The notes beneath the pieces were generated by a model, which did not search any database, was not told the DNA's origin, and worked only from the letters and a program-made list of their open reading frames with translations. This document shows, piece by piece, positions 1 through 12,755 of a stretch of DNA of 64,000 nucleotides. Origin of the DNA: Mustelus asterias (Eukaryota). Made by a program: the position numbers and the translations under genes. Location: assembly GCF_964213995.1 (NCBI RefSeq), contig NC_135811.1, positions 29,884,001 through 29,948,000 of the forward strand, written 5' to 3'. The number at the start of each line of letters is the position of its first letter. Positions within the stretch are counted from its first letter, which is position 1.

Positions 1-750
1 AGGTGGATGATCCATTTTAACATCAATAAGATCAAAGTCAGCTTGAATGCTCTCTCTCGCGTGAGCTTAGATTGTTTCTATACTATAAGGGTGATTTTGA
101 GCCTGCACTCTCCATCTGGGGGAATGACAACACGTACTCAAAATCCAGAGAGACAGATTCATGCCAGCGAGTTTGCGAGTTCCGATCTCACCGGCTTCTC
201 CAAGCCAGTAGAGTGGCGGGAAACACGCCGCGGGACTGCAGGAAGCTAATTTTGATACATTAGCATGTCATTAGTGAACACTCTCTCTGGGACTTACCCC
301 TTCACTGGATATTCAGCGATTTACATCAGGTCTACATCAGCGTGAACTTGGCATCTTCACCTCTGAGGAGGATTTCGGAGGCGAGCGCTCAGGCAGCGAG
401 CACCCTCCGTGGTGTGCATTGCTCAAGGGGCACCAGAGAGGATTCGTGGGACACAGATAAATTCAACTCAGAGACAGAGGTGGGGGTCTCAGAATCGCCA
501 TTTCTGGGAGAGGGGCCAGGAGGGGCAGGGGTCACTTGCAGGCCTTACCTTCCCTTCATGCCGGGCGCCCCTTGCTCCAAACGGGTTGTGAAGGCTGATA
601 TGCAGGCAACGCTTCCCATGTCCTGCTTCCTGGGTTCCTGTTCATATCACAGCTGAAGGAATGCACTGGGGGCTGGCGAGAGGGTGGGAGGGATGCAGCT
701 GGAGTGAGGTTCAGAAGCCCCGCTGTCCTCAGGCGCAGACGCACTATGGT

Positions 751-865
751 TCCCAGTTTTCCTCAGAACTTCTGGTACATTATTCATGTTTTCCTTTGTG
801 AAGACAGAAGCAAAGTACGAAGTTAGTTCCTCAGCCATTTCTTTGTTCCCTGTTATGGGCTTTGA
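751..865 (-). mobile_element. CR1-type LINE ORF2 fragment
   Basis: Translates to ITGNKEMAEELTSYFASVFTKE, typical of the CR1 linker region. Confidence 0.75.
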
Positions 866-1075
866 CTGCATGGTGTAGGCACTGATGGGAGTTCACGAGT
901 GTGGGAGGAAACCGGAGCTTCCGGAGGAAACCCACGCAGACAGTGAACCGAGGCCAGAATCGAACCGGATCCTTGACTCTGAGAGGCAGCATGACAGACT
1001 CCAACATTTGTTCATCTCCACCTCCCCCCAATCCACCTTCCCCCCCCCGCGCCCCCCGCCTTTCAGAGTGACGAG

Positions 1076-2344
1076 ATGGCTTTTGCAAGCAACCAATCGA
1101 TCTTGCTGTTCTTCTGGTTGCTGCTGGAGCTGAGGAGGAGGACATGGAGGAAGAACTGTGGGCCCAGGAGGCCCGGGCCATCCCACTTGCAGGACCGGAG
1201 GGAGACGACCATCAGAGGCAGGAGGTGGCCGCCATTTACCCAGAGCGGGGGCTTCGGAGAAGGAGGGAGCAGAGACCCCGGCAGTTCCGTGCACAAGTGT
1301 CCTTCGAGGAGATGTTGGACACCGTATGCCGCCGACGTCTCCGACTCCGAAAGGATACCGTGCGACACCTGTGCAACCTGTTGCAGGACCTGGCGCCTCG
1401 GGGCAGGGGGTGGGGGGCACCCACTCTCAGTGGCTGTCAGATTGACAGTTGCTCTGAACTTCTATGCGACTGGCGCCTTCCAGAGCCCGAGCGGAGATGT
1501 CTGTGGCATCTCCCAGTCTTCAGTCCACACCTGTGTCAAGCAGGTCACTGAAGCCCTGTATGCCCGGGCTGGACAGTACATCAAATTCAACCTGGACCAG
1601 GCCCATCAGGAAGCCCGGGCTGCGGGGTTCGTTGCAATTGCGGGGATGCCAAATGTGCAGGGGGCGGGCGACTGCACCCATGTCACCCTCAGGGCCCCCC
1701 TACAGAATCCACGACAATTTGTCAATAGGAAGGGGTTCCACTCCCGGAATGTACAAATGTTGTGTGACCACAATATGACCATCATGCACATCTGCGCCAG
1801 ACATCCAGGCAGCGTGCATGACAGCTTCATTATAAGGAGCTCGGACATCCCGCAAGCATTTGAGGAGGAGCCCAGGCTGCGGGGGTGGCTCCTGGGTGAT
1901 ATGGGTTACCCGCTTCGGACATGGCTGATGACGCCTGTGCGGAGGCGTGTGACTGAGGCGGAGACCCGCTATAATGAGGCCCATGTAGCCACCCGCGCGA
2001 CAGTGGAGAGGTGCATTGGGCTCCTCAAGATGCGATTCCGGTGCCTGGACCGATCTGGAGGAACCCTCCAGTACAGCCCCCTGATCTCCTCCCGCAGAGT
2101 GGTGGTGTGCTGTGCCCTGCACAATCTGGCTCTGCAGTAAGGTGACCTCTTGGAGGAGGAAGAGGACGTGGAGAATGACCAGCCGGCCATCACTGGAGAG
2201 GATGACCAGCAGGAGGAGGAGGAAGGGGAGGAGGAGGAAGAGGAGGATGAGAGCACCTTGGAACACCTGCCAGGTGGTGCAGGGCTGGCATCTCAGCTGA
2301 GGCATGCGAGGGTGGCTCTGATAACCAGGCGGTTTGGTCGCTAG
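1076..2344 (+). pseudogene. PIF/Harbinger DDE transposase (HARBI1-like), disrupted
   Basis: Motifs CRRRLRL, LSVAVRLTVALNFYATG, DCTHV, FVNRKGFHS, HPGSVHDS, WLLGDMGY, YNEAH, VERCIGLLKMRFRCL, CCALHN. N-terminus lies in another frame (1144-~1415). In-frame TAA at 2138-2140 precedes the acidic tail ending RHARVALITRRFGR* at 2344. Confidence 0.92.
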
Positions 2345-2949
2345 GCGATGGTGATTGTGGGTTCCATCACCCCCCCTCCCTCCACCCCCCCACCCCCAAA
2401 AGGTGCCTTCCATTTATCCTGCACATTGTCACACCAGAGTGGTGGGCCTGGGTACTCTGTGCTCGCGATATTTTTTCCAGGCAGGGGGGTGATGACAACT
2501 TGCTAAGCACCATTCTGATGATGCCCTGGTACAAACCAGTCTGACTGCTGCCTGAGATCCACATGCACGCTGGCACCTGGGCCCACGCCTGTCTAGTGGG
2601 TAAGGGATCCGAAACCCCCAAACAGGGCCCTGGGGCAGGTGGGTTGGGGGACGGGAGGTCATCACTCATGGGGTATGAGAGACCAATGGCTTCCTTTTCT
2701 CAGTGACACCGCATTGAGGGGCCACCTCAACTGATCTCACCGTGAGGCATCCATCGGGTGATCGTCAATGGGGCAGGGATCCTATTCGAGACAACCTATT
2801 CGCAGGTGGTTGTGGAGAAAAAACATTTATTTACAATAAAGGTGTTCAGATAAGCTGGTGAAACTCAAATACTTGTGACAAGAAAACATTAAGGTGCCTC
2901 CAGTCCTTTCTAACTAGTGCAGCCCGTCACCCGTGCCATCTCAGTGCAA

Positions 2950-5209
2950 CTACAACTTCCTCACCTTACGCTGCCTCGCACTCTGCCTCAGTGACTCCCC
3001 AGAATGTGCATCGGAGGTGGAGGGGGCCAGCTGCCGACCTCACCCCGTGGTCTGTGATGCACATGGTGGGCGTCCTCTGGAGGCCCTGGACCTTGAGGGC
3101 CCTGGCCGGCTTCCAGGTGTCTGGGATGTTTCCATGACACCCTCTTCATCCCGCTGCCCCTGAGATGCCCCAGTGTCAGGAACGGGAGAGTCGGAAGGTG
3201 TTGCCATAGCCACAGTCTCCTGGCTGGAAGGCCCCGGCGTGGGCTCGCGCCTTTCCTCCTCTCTTGGGATCCCTTTTGGCCCCTGGGTCACTCCATGGGA
3301 TACTGGTGCTTCTGCAGTCAGCTCCAGAAGCTCCGGCATCACCTGGCACTGCCAGTCCTGGAGGACCACCTGCCTCCTACCCATGGTGGTCGACCCCTCC
3401 GCGATGGCCACTTGAGTCGTGGGCCATCTCTCAATGGCCGCAGCAAGTGCCCTCTGAGACTGGGCCATGCTCTGCAAGCCCCCAGCCGTGGCCCTCTGAG
3501 ACTGGGCCACCTTCTCAAGGGTTGCTGCCATTGCCCGCTGTGTCTCAGTGCTGTCCCTCTGGGTCTCCTGCAAGCTCTCGAACCTTTCAGCCATGGGCCG
3601 CAGAATCTCAAGAAGCCTGCTCAGTCCCTCCGCTGTGGCCTGCTGTGACTTGGCCATTGCTTGGAGCCTGCCACCCATGGTGAGGATCCCCTGCCCCAGG
3701 CTTTCCACTGCAGATGCCACCCTTGCAGTGTTGCCATTGGAAGCACGCATGACAGGCAATAGCTGTTCTGCCTGAAAGCTTTGGGACTCCTCCCAGCAGC
3801 TGCGCAGTTGGTCCAGTGTGGCCGTCAGCATCTCCAGCAGCTGAGGGAGAAGTGATCTCAGAGGCCCAGCATGTAGCCTGGGGCCAGCTGAGTCCTCGCC
3901 TCCAGCAGCCCCCCGCATGCCAGAGGCCTCAGACGTTTCCTCCTCCACCCGATGTACATCAGCAGATGTGTCGTGCTCACCAGAGAGTGACCCAGAAGCC
4001 TCAACACTAACTGGACCCACCGACGTGTCTGTTTCTGCGATGGTGATTTGTGAGGTAGAAGCTGACGGATAAACGGTGCCACCCTCGGAGGTCCCTTCAC
4101 CAATATCCTCCAGGGACTCGTCCGAACTATCGTTCCCAGGATGGATGGGAGCTGTAGCCAGGGCCTGCAGTCCAGAAGGCCCTGGGGCATCAGGATCTTT
4201 CCCTGAAACACAGGACACAAGGTTAAGTGCAAGGGAGGGAGAGGAATCCGGGACGCCAAACACATGAATCACATGGCTCCCTTGAACATAGAACACTGAA
4301 CCCAGACAATCACATCACAGGGACAGGCCCTTCGGACATCCAACCCTGTAGCGGCCAGGCTGCCCATCTGATTTGTTTGCCCCCATATGCCTCTGTTCCC
4401 ATCCCATTCAGATAGCTGTAGACATGCCCCTTAAATGTCCCTGTAGTTTCCACTTCCACGACCTCCCCGGGCAGTGAGTTCCAGGCACCCACTATCCTCT
4501 CAATGTGAATAAAATGCCTCATACATCTCCTTTACTCCTTGCCCCATGCACCCGAAACCCGTGCCCCCAAGAAGTTGCCTCAACGTGAGTGTAGGAATGA
4601 CAGGTGCTCACGTCTGGACGACAGACCGACCATGCTGTCGCTGACAGCCCACGTCTCCCCTTCTCTGGTGAGCTCCAGCGCCCGCTCCTCGAACGGGGTG
4701 AGGACCCGGAGGTCTGGCTCACCACCGCCTGTCTTCGGCCCCCCACAAGTGTTGTGCTCGGTCTTCCTCTGTGTAGACAGATGGAACCATGAAATAAATG
4801 GTGGCGTGACTCATGCAGAGAATCAGGTGGTGACTCTTAGAGGGCAAACACAGTGAGGCTCATTGGGGGGAAAGGACGGAGGTGCTTGGGGGTCAGGAGC
4901 TGGAAGCATGCAGGGTGCTGGGAATAGGAGGATCTGGGGGAGATATGGGGGAGCATGCTGAATGGGGTTCAGCACTCACCCTTGCTGCACGGATGAGGTC
5001 ACTGATTTTTTTCTGGCACTGCCTCGCGGTTCGGGGGGCCAGTGCCCTGGCACTGACCGAGGTGGCAACTGCCTCCCAGGCCGCATGGCCATCAGCCCCC
5101 CGGGTCTGCGTCCTCCTGGGAGGAAGAGGGTGGCCCGCCTTGCCTCTGCTGCATCCAGCAGCCTCCCCAAGTTGTCATCAGAAAATCAGGGGGCTGGTCG
5201 TGCGCACAT
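2950..5209 (-). pseudogene. Harbinger Myb/SANT-like (NAIF1-type) DNA-binding partner gene, 3 exons, disrupted
   Basis: Exon 5209-4980 (AP*FSDDNLGRLLD...AWEAVATSVS...RTARQCQKKISDLIRAAR|gtgag, with TGA and a frameshift); exon 4768-4612 (KTGGGEPDLRVLTPFEERALEL); exon 4202-2950 (low-complexity/coiled, TGA at 3040, basic end RQRKVRKL*). Convergent with the transposase. Confidence 0.85.
4285..4560 (-). mobile_element. CR1 LINE 3' fragment nested in an intron of the Harbinger partner gene
   Basis: RIVGAWNSLPGEVVE...TFKG C-terminal CR1 motif followed by a CR1 3'UTR. Confidence 0.8.
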
Positions 5210-6181
5210 TGTCCTGGACTGCCTGCCTGTCCATTCTGGAGTTTCTTATGGAGCTGCCCTTCGTTAGGGCAGATCAGCTGCAGGCAGTTTGACAGAGTAT
5301 TCCAGCAAGTTCCATGCAGTTTGCTTGTTAACATTGAGGGGAAGGCAAGTGAGCACTTGCAGGTGTGCTGCTGGGGAGGTGGGGGGGTGGGATGGGGTGG
5401 GGGGGGGGGGGGGGGGGAGGGTGCGGGGGAGCGGTGGTGGTGGATGAGTGCCTCAATGATTAGCGACAGGGGAGAGAGAGGGGGGTGTCACACAGCCATC
5501 GGAGTGTAAGTGGGATGGGGCCTTGTGCGGGATTATCCGGCCCGGCAGTGATGTGACGGGCGCGCTTTTTCGATGTTTTTTCAAACTGCGCATGCGCGGT
5601 TCAGAGCTCCGATCGTTCCGGCAGTGCTAAGCCCCGCCCACAGCGCGAATCGGACTGGAGATGGCTGAGAGCGTATGGGGGCACCTGAAAGCGGATTTCT
5701 AAGTCAGATCTGTACTTCGCCCGGATTCGGCACTTAGAATGAAAATGGTAAAATCGGGCCCTTTGTATTACTTCATTTTTGTTTTGTACTCAGTAAAACA
5801 ACTGACTCAAAAAAACTTGTGACCTGCTTTCTGTAAAACTTTAATCAACTTGTCCAATTTATTTAATGAGCTAGATGTTGGATCATGTGTGAATTAGGCA
5901 CAGTCTCAATGCAGTGTGTGCGGCGCACAGCTTGGGGTCAGAAGACAAATTTGTCAAAGTCCTGCCATCAGATCTTGGAACTAGTTCAAAAGAACTGCAT
6001 TGTGATGTTATTCACACTACCCAAAGTAACATTGTTTAAATTCTAAGCAGAAGTGGCAGTATAGTGCACATTTTATGGTCAGCACATTGATCAACAGAAA
6101 ATAATTTAAATATAACATTGAATAAAACATAACAGTACACTGGACTGGTACACAGTACACAGGTGACTCCCCTTGACTTTG

Positions 6182-6500
6182 AATCATACAGAGCAGAAGG
6201 GGGCCATTCAGCCCATCAAGCCTGCACCGACAACAATCTCACCCATGCCCCATCCCCGTAACCCCATGCATTTACCCTGCTAATCCCCCTAACCTACACA
6301 TCCTGGGACACTAAGGGGCAATTTAGCATGGTCAATCAACCTAACCCGCACATCTTTGGTGTGTGGGAGGAAACCGGAGCACCTGGAGGAAACCCACGCA
6401 GACACGGGGAGAACGTGCAAACTTCACAGACAGTCACCCAAGGCTAGAATTGAACCTGGATCCCTTGTGAGGCAGCAGTGCTAACCACTGTGCCACCATG
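6182..6500 (-). mobile_element. HE1-like tRNA-derived SINE
   Basis: Reverse complement begins GGTGGCACAGTGGTTAGCACTGCTGCCTCACA, with the conserved CTCCGGTTTCCTCCCACA core and a CR1-derived tail. Confidence 0.85.
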
Positions 6501-6843
6501 ATAAAAGCTAAATGGCACATGTTAGCAGACTTGGGATGTGTTTTGATTAACCAGGACATGCAAGTTTAAAAAGTTGATTGCCATCTAAAAAATAATGACA
6601 AGATGTTCATATTCACAGATAATAAAACTATGCTATCATAGCCAATGCCAAATGTATATCAACTTAGAATACAATAAACCACCATTTGTGACATTTCCAC
6701 GGCTATATTTGACATGAACAAACATTGCAATTTACACTATGAGTTTATTGGGGGCTATTTTTGAAGGTATTCATGTTCAATAGAAAATAACAAATTATAT
6801 TACTTTATGTTATAGATGTTTCTGACACACCCTTTTCAATGGG

Positions 6844-6851
6844 TATAAATA
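6844..6851 (+). promoter_or_regulatory. TATA box of the SMB-CUB-ZP gene
   Basis: TATAAATA 43 nt upstream of the signal-peptide ATG at 6887. Confidence 0.6.
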
Positions 6852-6886
6852 AAAGATGCCTTTCATAGCTTTGTATCACAGCAGAA

Positions 6887-6953
6887 ATGGCACCCACAGC
6901 AAGAGCTGTTTTGTGTGTCTTTCTCATAACCTTTGCTTACGCTGAGGCCTCTG
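6887..6953 (+). CDS. Exon 1: signal peptide MAPTARAVLCVFLITFAYAEAS(G)
   Basis: Kozak-like GAAATGG, hydrophobic core, A-x-A cleavage motif, donor G|gtaagt, phase 1. Confidence 0.85.
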
Positions 6954-7229
6954 GTAAGTGAGAAAATATTCATTATTGTGCTAAATGTCATATTGTTCAA
7001 AAGTGACACCGGCAAATTATTATTTTAAATGATTTAAAGTGATTTGCGAAAGAGGTAAATGTGAAGAGAGAAAAATCTTTTTCACACAGCGAGTGATTTG
7101 GGTCTGGAATGCGCTGCCTGGAAGTGGAGGAGGCAGGTTCAGGGAAGGCATTCAAGAGCGCATGAGATGATTAATTGAATAGAAACAATATGCAGGGGAT
7201 GAGGAAAAGGCAGGGGAATGGCGCTAAGC

Positions 7230-8298
7230 AATTGGGTGATGAGTCTGGGAAAGGGTGTGTAGATAGTTTGAGTCATGTTGAGATCAAAAAGGAGGAGGTA
7301 TTGGGGTTCTTGAGAAACATTAAGGTAGACAAGTCCCTAGGGCCTGATGGGATATACCCCAGAATACTGAGAGAGGCAAGGGAGGAAATTGCTGGGGCCC
7401 TGAGCGAAATCTTTGTATCCTCACTGGTTACAGGGGAGGTCCCAGAGGATTGGCGAATAGCCAATGTTGTTCCTTTGTTTAAGAAGGGTAGCAAGAATAA
7501 TCCAGGTAATTACAGGCCTGTGAGCCTTACATCAGTGGTAGGGAAATTATTGGATAGGATTCTTTGAGACAGGCTTTATTCCCATTTAGAAATAAGTGGA
7601 CGTATTAGCGAGAGGCAACATGGTTTTGTGAAGGGGAGGTCATGGTCTCACTAACTTGATCGAGTTTTTTGAGGAAGTGATGAAGATGATTGATGCGGGT
7701 AGGGCAGTGGATGTTGTCTACATTGACTTCAGTAAGGCCTTTGACAAGGTCCCTCATGGCAGACTGGTGCAGAAGGTGAAGTCACATGGGATCAGAGGTG
7801 AGCTGGCAAGGTGGATACAAAACTGGCTCGGTCAAAGAAGACAGAGGGTAGCAGTGGAAGGGTGCATTTCTGAATGGAGGGCTGTGACAAGTGGTGTTCC
7901 TCAGGGATCAGTGCTGGGATCTTTGCTGTTTGTAATATATATAAATGATTTGGAGGAAAATGTAACTGGTTTGATTAGTAAGTTTGCGGATGACACCAAG
8001 GTTGGTGGATTTGTGGATAGCGATGAGGACCATCAGAGGATACAGCAGGATATAGATTAGTTGGAGACTTGGGCGGAGAGATGGCAGATGGAGTTTAATC
8101 TGGACAAATGTGAGGTAATGCATTTTGGAAGGTCTAATACAGATAGAAAATATACAGTAAATGGCAGAACCCTTAAGAGTATTGATAGGCAAAGGGATCT
8201 GGGTGTACAGGTACACAGGTCACTGAAAGTGGCAATGCAGGTGGAGAAAGTAGTCAAGAAGGCACATGGCATGCTTGCTTCCATCGACTGGGGTATTG
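7230..8298 (+). mobile_element. CR1/HER1 LINE reverse transcriptase fragment
   Basis: [44 protein letters not shown]; contains stops and frameshifts. Confidence 0.93.
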
Positions 8299-9415
8299 AC
8301 CTTGCTCTCTCCATGGCCTTTTCTCAATTCCATTGCCACGTTCCAGAGCCAGACATTCTGCCAGCATTTGCCCCATTCCTGTTGTATTTCATGTCACCTA
8401 ATCCTTCGCTTCCCTATGAGGATTTGAGTTCATGTTCAGCCAAATTCTTCACAACTCCTAAAGTCAGCAATCCGACATCCCCCCAGTCTGTGGGGCCATG
8501 TGACATCAGGATGGCACTCCTTCTGAGACTTGTACTGACCATCCGGCTCACCAACGGGGGGAACCTCTCAAGAGAGCGTGCCATACTGAGCCTCAATGGA
8601 AATAGTAAGTGACGCGGTGTGTACCAGCAGGAGGGATATGGTGAGGGGCATGGAGAACAGAGAATTTATCTAATTAATGTGGACATTTTCTGCTTCTCTG
8701 AGTCCAATAAAATACATCTCAGTGGGACTTAGAGAGGGCATTTCCGCTGTTGCTGGACTTGCAATTACAACCAACATTTCCAGTATGTTTGGACGAGGGA
8801 TGAAGTGGGAGGAGGAGCAAGGGGTGTGTGTGACTTTCCTTGTCATCCGCACCTGACCATGTGAACTTGACTCAGCTCAATGGCAGATTTCACTGGGGAA
8901 GATGTCACATCATGGGGGAATTTTCTGACCAGTGCTTCTGTTGGTCAAAGGATAACAAACATTTTGATGTTTGGTTAATTATGATTATTAATTACAGCTT
9001 CTTTTGATTATTTTACTTGGCATAACTTGACTGAAAGTTCCCAAAAGGATATTCAAATGCCTTCAAATTAACATGATGTCCTTGGCAGTCTGTAGGTGCT
9101 GGTTTTTGTCTCTTGGCAGGTAGCACCGAACATTTTTTCTGCAGAATGATGTACCTGGCATCTTTTCATAGGGTAGGATTTTCCAGCCCTTCTGGTCAGT
9201 GAGATTTTTCCAGTCACTCTGAAGGTGATCCTGCCGTGGGACCTTACTGGTGGCGTGACCATAGACAATGCAAATGGCCATTGACTTCAGAGAAACTGGA
9301 AAATCCTGCTGGTGACCAATGGCAAGCTGGCTCTGCTGTGGTAAAACCCACTGCAGGGTTCTGGAAAATCCCAGCCACAGATTCTCCTATTGTCCCCAAC
9401 ATGTCAGAGAGGGGA

Positions 9416-9693
9416 TGATGTGTGATTGATTCACACGGGAGGCTAGGACGTGCCCGGGAATAAAGGCTTTTATTTACGACAAAATAGGAGCACACTACTT
9501 AACAATATTATCCCAGACTAAAGGCTACTAGGAAGTAGCAGTGACCTTTATACTCCTGTAAGAAGGCGGAGCCGAACGGAGTGTACCACATAAAGAATAA
9601 TAACAGGTGGAACACCCAAACCCTAACCCCAACAGTAACAAGAGTAACATATGTACAAGTACCCATAGTGGTAACCATCTATGGTTCACCACA
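9416..9693 (-). mobile_element. Solo LTR (278 bp, TG...CA) with 5-bp TSD GGGGA
   Basis: GGGGA at 9411-9415 and 9694-9698; paralogous units read GAGAGGGGATTCCATT without the insert; TATA and AATAAA-like motifs on the minus strand. Confidence 0.75.
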
Positions 9694-10034
9694 GGGGATT
9701 CCATTGTTGCTGCCAATAATGGTGCTAAGGAACGAAAGGAATAAAAATTTACAGCAAATGGCACAAAATTATATCAGAGCTGGTCATTCTTTATTAAATG
9801 TTGTTCAAAAAAATCAAATGAAGTTTGAGGCTTCCATAGATATGAAAAATATTCTTCTTACTTATGCATTTATGTTAGTTGTTTTGACAGAAACATATTC
9901 CCATTTATCACCAAATCTATTGTTCTATTTTTGAATGATAAAAGTTCATTACATTTCTTCGAAAATTTGTAATCAGTAACATTGTTAACAATCAACACAA
10001 GTTCAGATCTAACTTGACATTTACTGTATAACAG

Positions 10035-10073
10035 GACGCAGTGACTCATGCAGATACAACTGTGGGGGCTATT
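10035..10073 (+). pseudogene. 3'-truncated SMB exon copy (acceptor intact, no donor)
   Basis: tgtataacag|GACGCAGTGACTCATGCAGATACAACTGTGGGGGCTATT, then switches to intron-derived sequence. Confidence 0.75.
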
Positions 10074-10734
10074 TACCATTTACTCAGCTCAATGACAGAT
10101 TTCACTGCGGGGGATGTCACTTCATGGGGGAATTTTCTGGCCCATATTTCTGTTTTTCAAAGGATTCTGTATGTTTGTCGGATGTTTGTTCAACTGTGAA
10201 TATTAATTCTAATTTATTATGGTAATTTTGCTTGCCACTCCTGGACTGAAAGCTCCCAAAGAAAATTCAAATGCTTCAAATTAACATCATGTTCCTGGCA
10301 GTCTGTAGATGCTGGATTTTGTCTGTAGGCAGCTAGCACCGAGCATCTTTTCTACAGCAAGATGTACCTGGCATCTGTTCATAGGGTGGGATTTCTCAGC
10401 CCTTCCCGCTAGCAGGATTTTCCAGTTACGCCGAAGATGGCTCTGTGGCCAATGGCAAGCTGGCTCTGCTGCAGGAAAACCCACTGCAGGGATCTGGAAA
10501 ATTCCAGCTGTAGATTCTCCTATTGTCCCCAACATGTCAGAGAGGGGATTCCATTGTTGCTGATAGTGCGAAGGAGGGAAAGGAATATGAATTTACAACG
10601 AGTGGAACAAAGATATATCAGAGCTGGTCATTCTTTCTTACATATTGTACAAAAAGATCAAATGAAGTTTAAGACTTCGATAGATATGAAAAATATTCTT
10701 CTTACTTACGCATTTATTTTCATTATCTTGACAG

Positions 10735-10758
10735 TAACAACTGATTCTGCAACATCAG
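10735..10758 (+). CDS. 24-nt linker microexon (VTTDSATSG)
   Basis: ttgacag|...TCAG|gtatgg, phase 1-1, repeated before each SMB exon. Confidence 0.75.
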
Positions 10759-10899
10759 GTATGGAAAGTTCCTTTAACCTACTTTTGTTCTACTTTTGAA
10801 TGATAAAAATTCATTACATTTCTTCAAAAATTTGTAATTAGTAACATTGTTAACAATCAACACAAGTTCCGATCTAACTTGACATTTACTGTATAACAG

Positions 10900-11025
10900 G
10901 ACACAGTGGGTCATGCAGATACAACTGTGGGGGCTATTCTTCAGATTGTTCCTGTGATTACAACTGTCGAAATTATGGTAGCTGTTGTTCTGATTTCTGT
11001 GATTACTGCCCTTACATTAATTACG
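10900..11025 (+). CDS. SMB exon 1 (GHSGSCRYNCGGYSSDCSCDYNCRNYGSCCSDFCDYCPYINY)
   Basis: 126 nt, aacag|...G|gtaaga, phase 1-1; C-x3-C...C-x-C-x3-C-x5-CC-x-DF somatomedin-B spacing. Confidence 0.9.
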
Positions 11026-11469
11026 GTAAGAGAACTTTCAGATAATAAAAGAACGTTTAATGACAGGAATCTTGTTGAGGTATCAGGGCTGTTGTCTGCC
11101 AGTGAGAGTCCACTTTACTGGAAGGTCCACCAAATCACATGCCAATCAGGCAGTGGTAAGGCCCATGGCGAGACGTACCCGGGAATCCAAACGCTTGGGC
11201 AGTTGGCTCACCTACCGAGAGCTGCCAGCCAATCAGAGGCTGTCCTGTGTTCGGCAGCACCATTGGGGAGACAATGGCAGCTGTTGGAAGTACAGGCGCC
11301 TGATGGAGCGACCCTGGCCACGTATGAGCAGTGTCGGGAGGTGTGGGGTTTTTGGCAGGTTGGTGGTGTGGGAAGAGGCATGCAGGGGGGGGTCAGTGGA
11401 AATGACAGGGGGCTGTCTCTCAGTGCACCCGCTACTTCCCAATGTTCAGCCCCTCAATCAGATACTAAG

Positions 11470-11830
11470 AGGAGGCAGTGGTGCGGTGGTATTGTCGCTG
11501 GATTAGTACTGGGCTACTAATCCAGTGACCTAGGGTAATGTCTGGGGACCCGGGTTTAAATCCCACCATAGCAGATGGTGAAATTTGAATTCAGTGAACA
11601 AAAACTGGAATCAAAAGTCTAATGATGACCATGAAATCATTGTCAATTGTCATAAAACCCCATCGGGTTCACTAACGTCCTTTAGGGAAGGAAAACCGCC
11701 ATCCTTACCCGGTCTGGCCTACGTGTGATTCCAGATTCACAGCAATGTGGCTGACTCTTAAATACCATCAGGGATGGGCAACAAACGTGGGCCCAGCTAG
11801 CGATGTCCACATCCCATAAATTAATAAGTT
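11470..11830 (+). mobile_element. tRNA-derived SINE with LINE-like tail (related copies about 26510-26900 and 55320-55720)
   Basis: GGAGGCAGTGGTG head, GGGTTTAAATCCCACC B-box-like motif, shared GGATGGGCAA...CACATCCCA tail. Confidence 0.65.
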
Positions 11831-12755
11831 TAAGAAAGGTGTCCTCGATTCCCCTTCCCCCACTGAAGGAGACAAGTTGTCCACAGGGTTTTACCTGTGT
11901 TGCATGTTGCACAGTGACAGGCCCACCCCTTGCTCGGTTCACACCAACAGCAGCAGGAAACTGCCCAGAAATGGTTAGTATTTGACCACTCACATTAGCA
12001 GCAGGGTGTGTTGGCCAAACATGGGCCTTTCCTTCTGGAACATCATTCTCGCAGAGCCAGGTTGGCGGTGAGTTTCTGGTGCACCAACATTCCACCTTAG
12101 TAAATGTGCTTCACATCTCCAATCTCACCACCGGGGAGAGCAGAAAATTCCGGCCATGGTGTGTGACATTCCTGTTTCGCAAGGCAGCTGCACATTGAAA
12201 TCTATTGTGTCTGGGAGGCACAGCTGCAGCCCTAGAGCAGGACAAAGATGGCACAGTGAGGGAACGTGAGCCCAAACTGCTTCTCTTAGTTTGCTGTCCA
12301 CTGTGATACAAGAGGTGACTGATATTCAGTAAGCCCAGTCCAGGGAATTCATTTCATTCTCTATTGTGCACTTTAGATTAATCGAGATAGTGGCTTTCCC
12401 CATTGAGCCGACTGTCATTGGCACACACACTTGTGCCTTTGCAGATTTCGCATCTAATTGCAGAAATGTACCATGTAAACAAAGAAATGTGGCCATTCTC
12501 AGCACGTTGTACTTTATTTCTGGATGGGTGTGGGGCTGCATATATTGTGTGTTGTGCGTGACAGGCTGGAACATCAGGCAGGCTGGCTGCAACAGGAAGA
12601 CTTTTACTGTCCAGTTGTTTATAGATTTGAACAATACCTGATGTTAATTATTTTTCTTTTTGTCATGTGTTATATTAATATTTCTGAGTATGAATGGTCA
12701 AAGATTCTTCAAAATCGGTTGACAATGCTAATAAACTGAATGTGTTTCTGTACAG

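Larger units (their letters stand above)
1000..5761. mobile_element. Decayed autonomous-type PIF/Harbinger DNA transposon; right TIR ends at 5761, left end not identified
   Basis: Transposase plus Myb/SANT gene pair; terminus ATGGTAAAATCGGGCCC at 5745-5761 matches the TIR of the MITE at 12984-13829. Start coordinate is approximate. Confidence 0.8.

Noticed and set aside
1076-2140. 354-aa ORF as a domesticated HARBI1 host gene
   Set aside because: The ORF is a frameshift chimera with a premature stop, sits beside a disabled Myb/SANT partner and ends in a TIR shared with a MITE.
3040-4296. 418-aa ORF as an independent host gene
   Set aside because: It is the last exon of the Harbinger partner gene; its 5' part is intron and it stops prematurely.
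5370-5445. Long G-runs as a functional G-quadruplex
   Set aside because: Lies inside a decayed transposon, homopolymer length is unreliable, and nothing indicates function.
6400-6500. tRNA-like A/B boxes as tRNA genes (here and in other SINE heads)
   Set aside because: They continue into SINE core and LINE-derived tails and lack a complete cloverleaf.
10906-11520. Repeated hydrophobic ORFs MAHADTTVGAILQIVPV… (also 16017, 28213, 31685, 35073, 37814, 43868) resembling a small membrane-protein family
   Set aside because: They are off-frame shadows of the Cys-rich SMB exons running into introns; splice sites and phases support the SMB frame.
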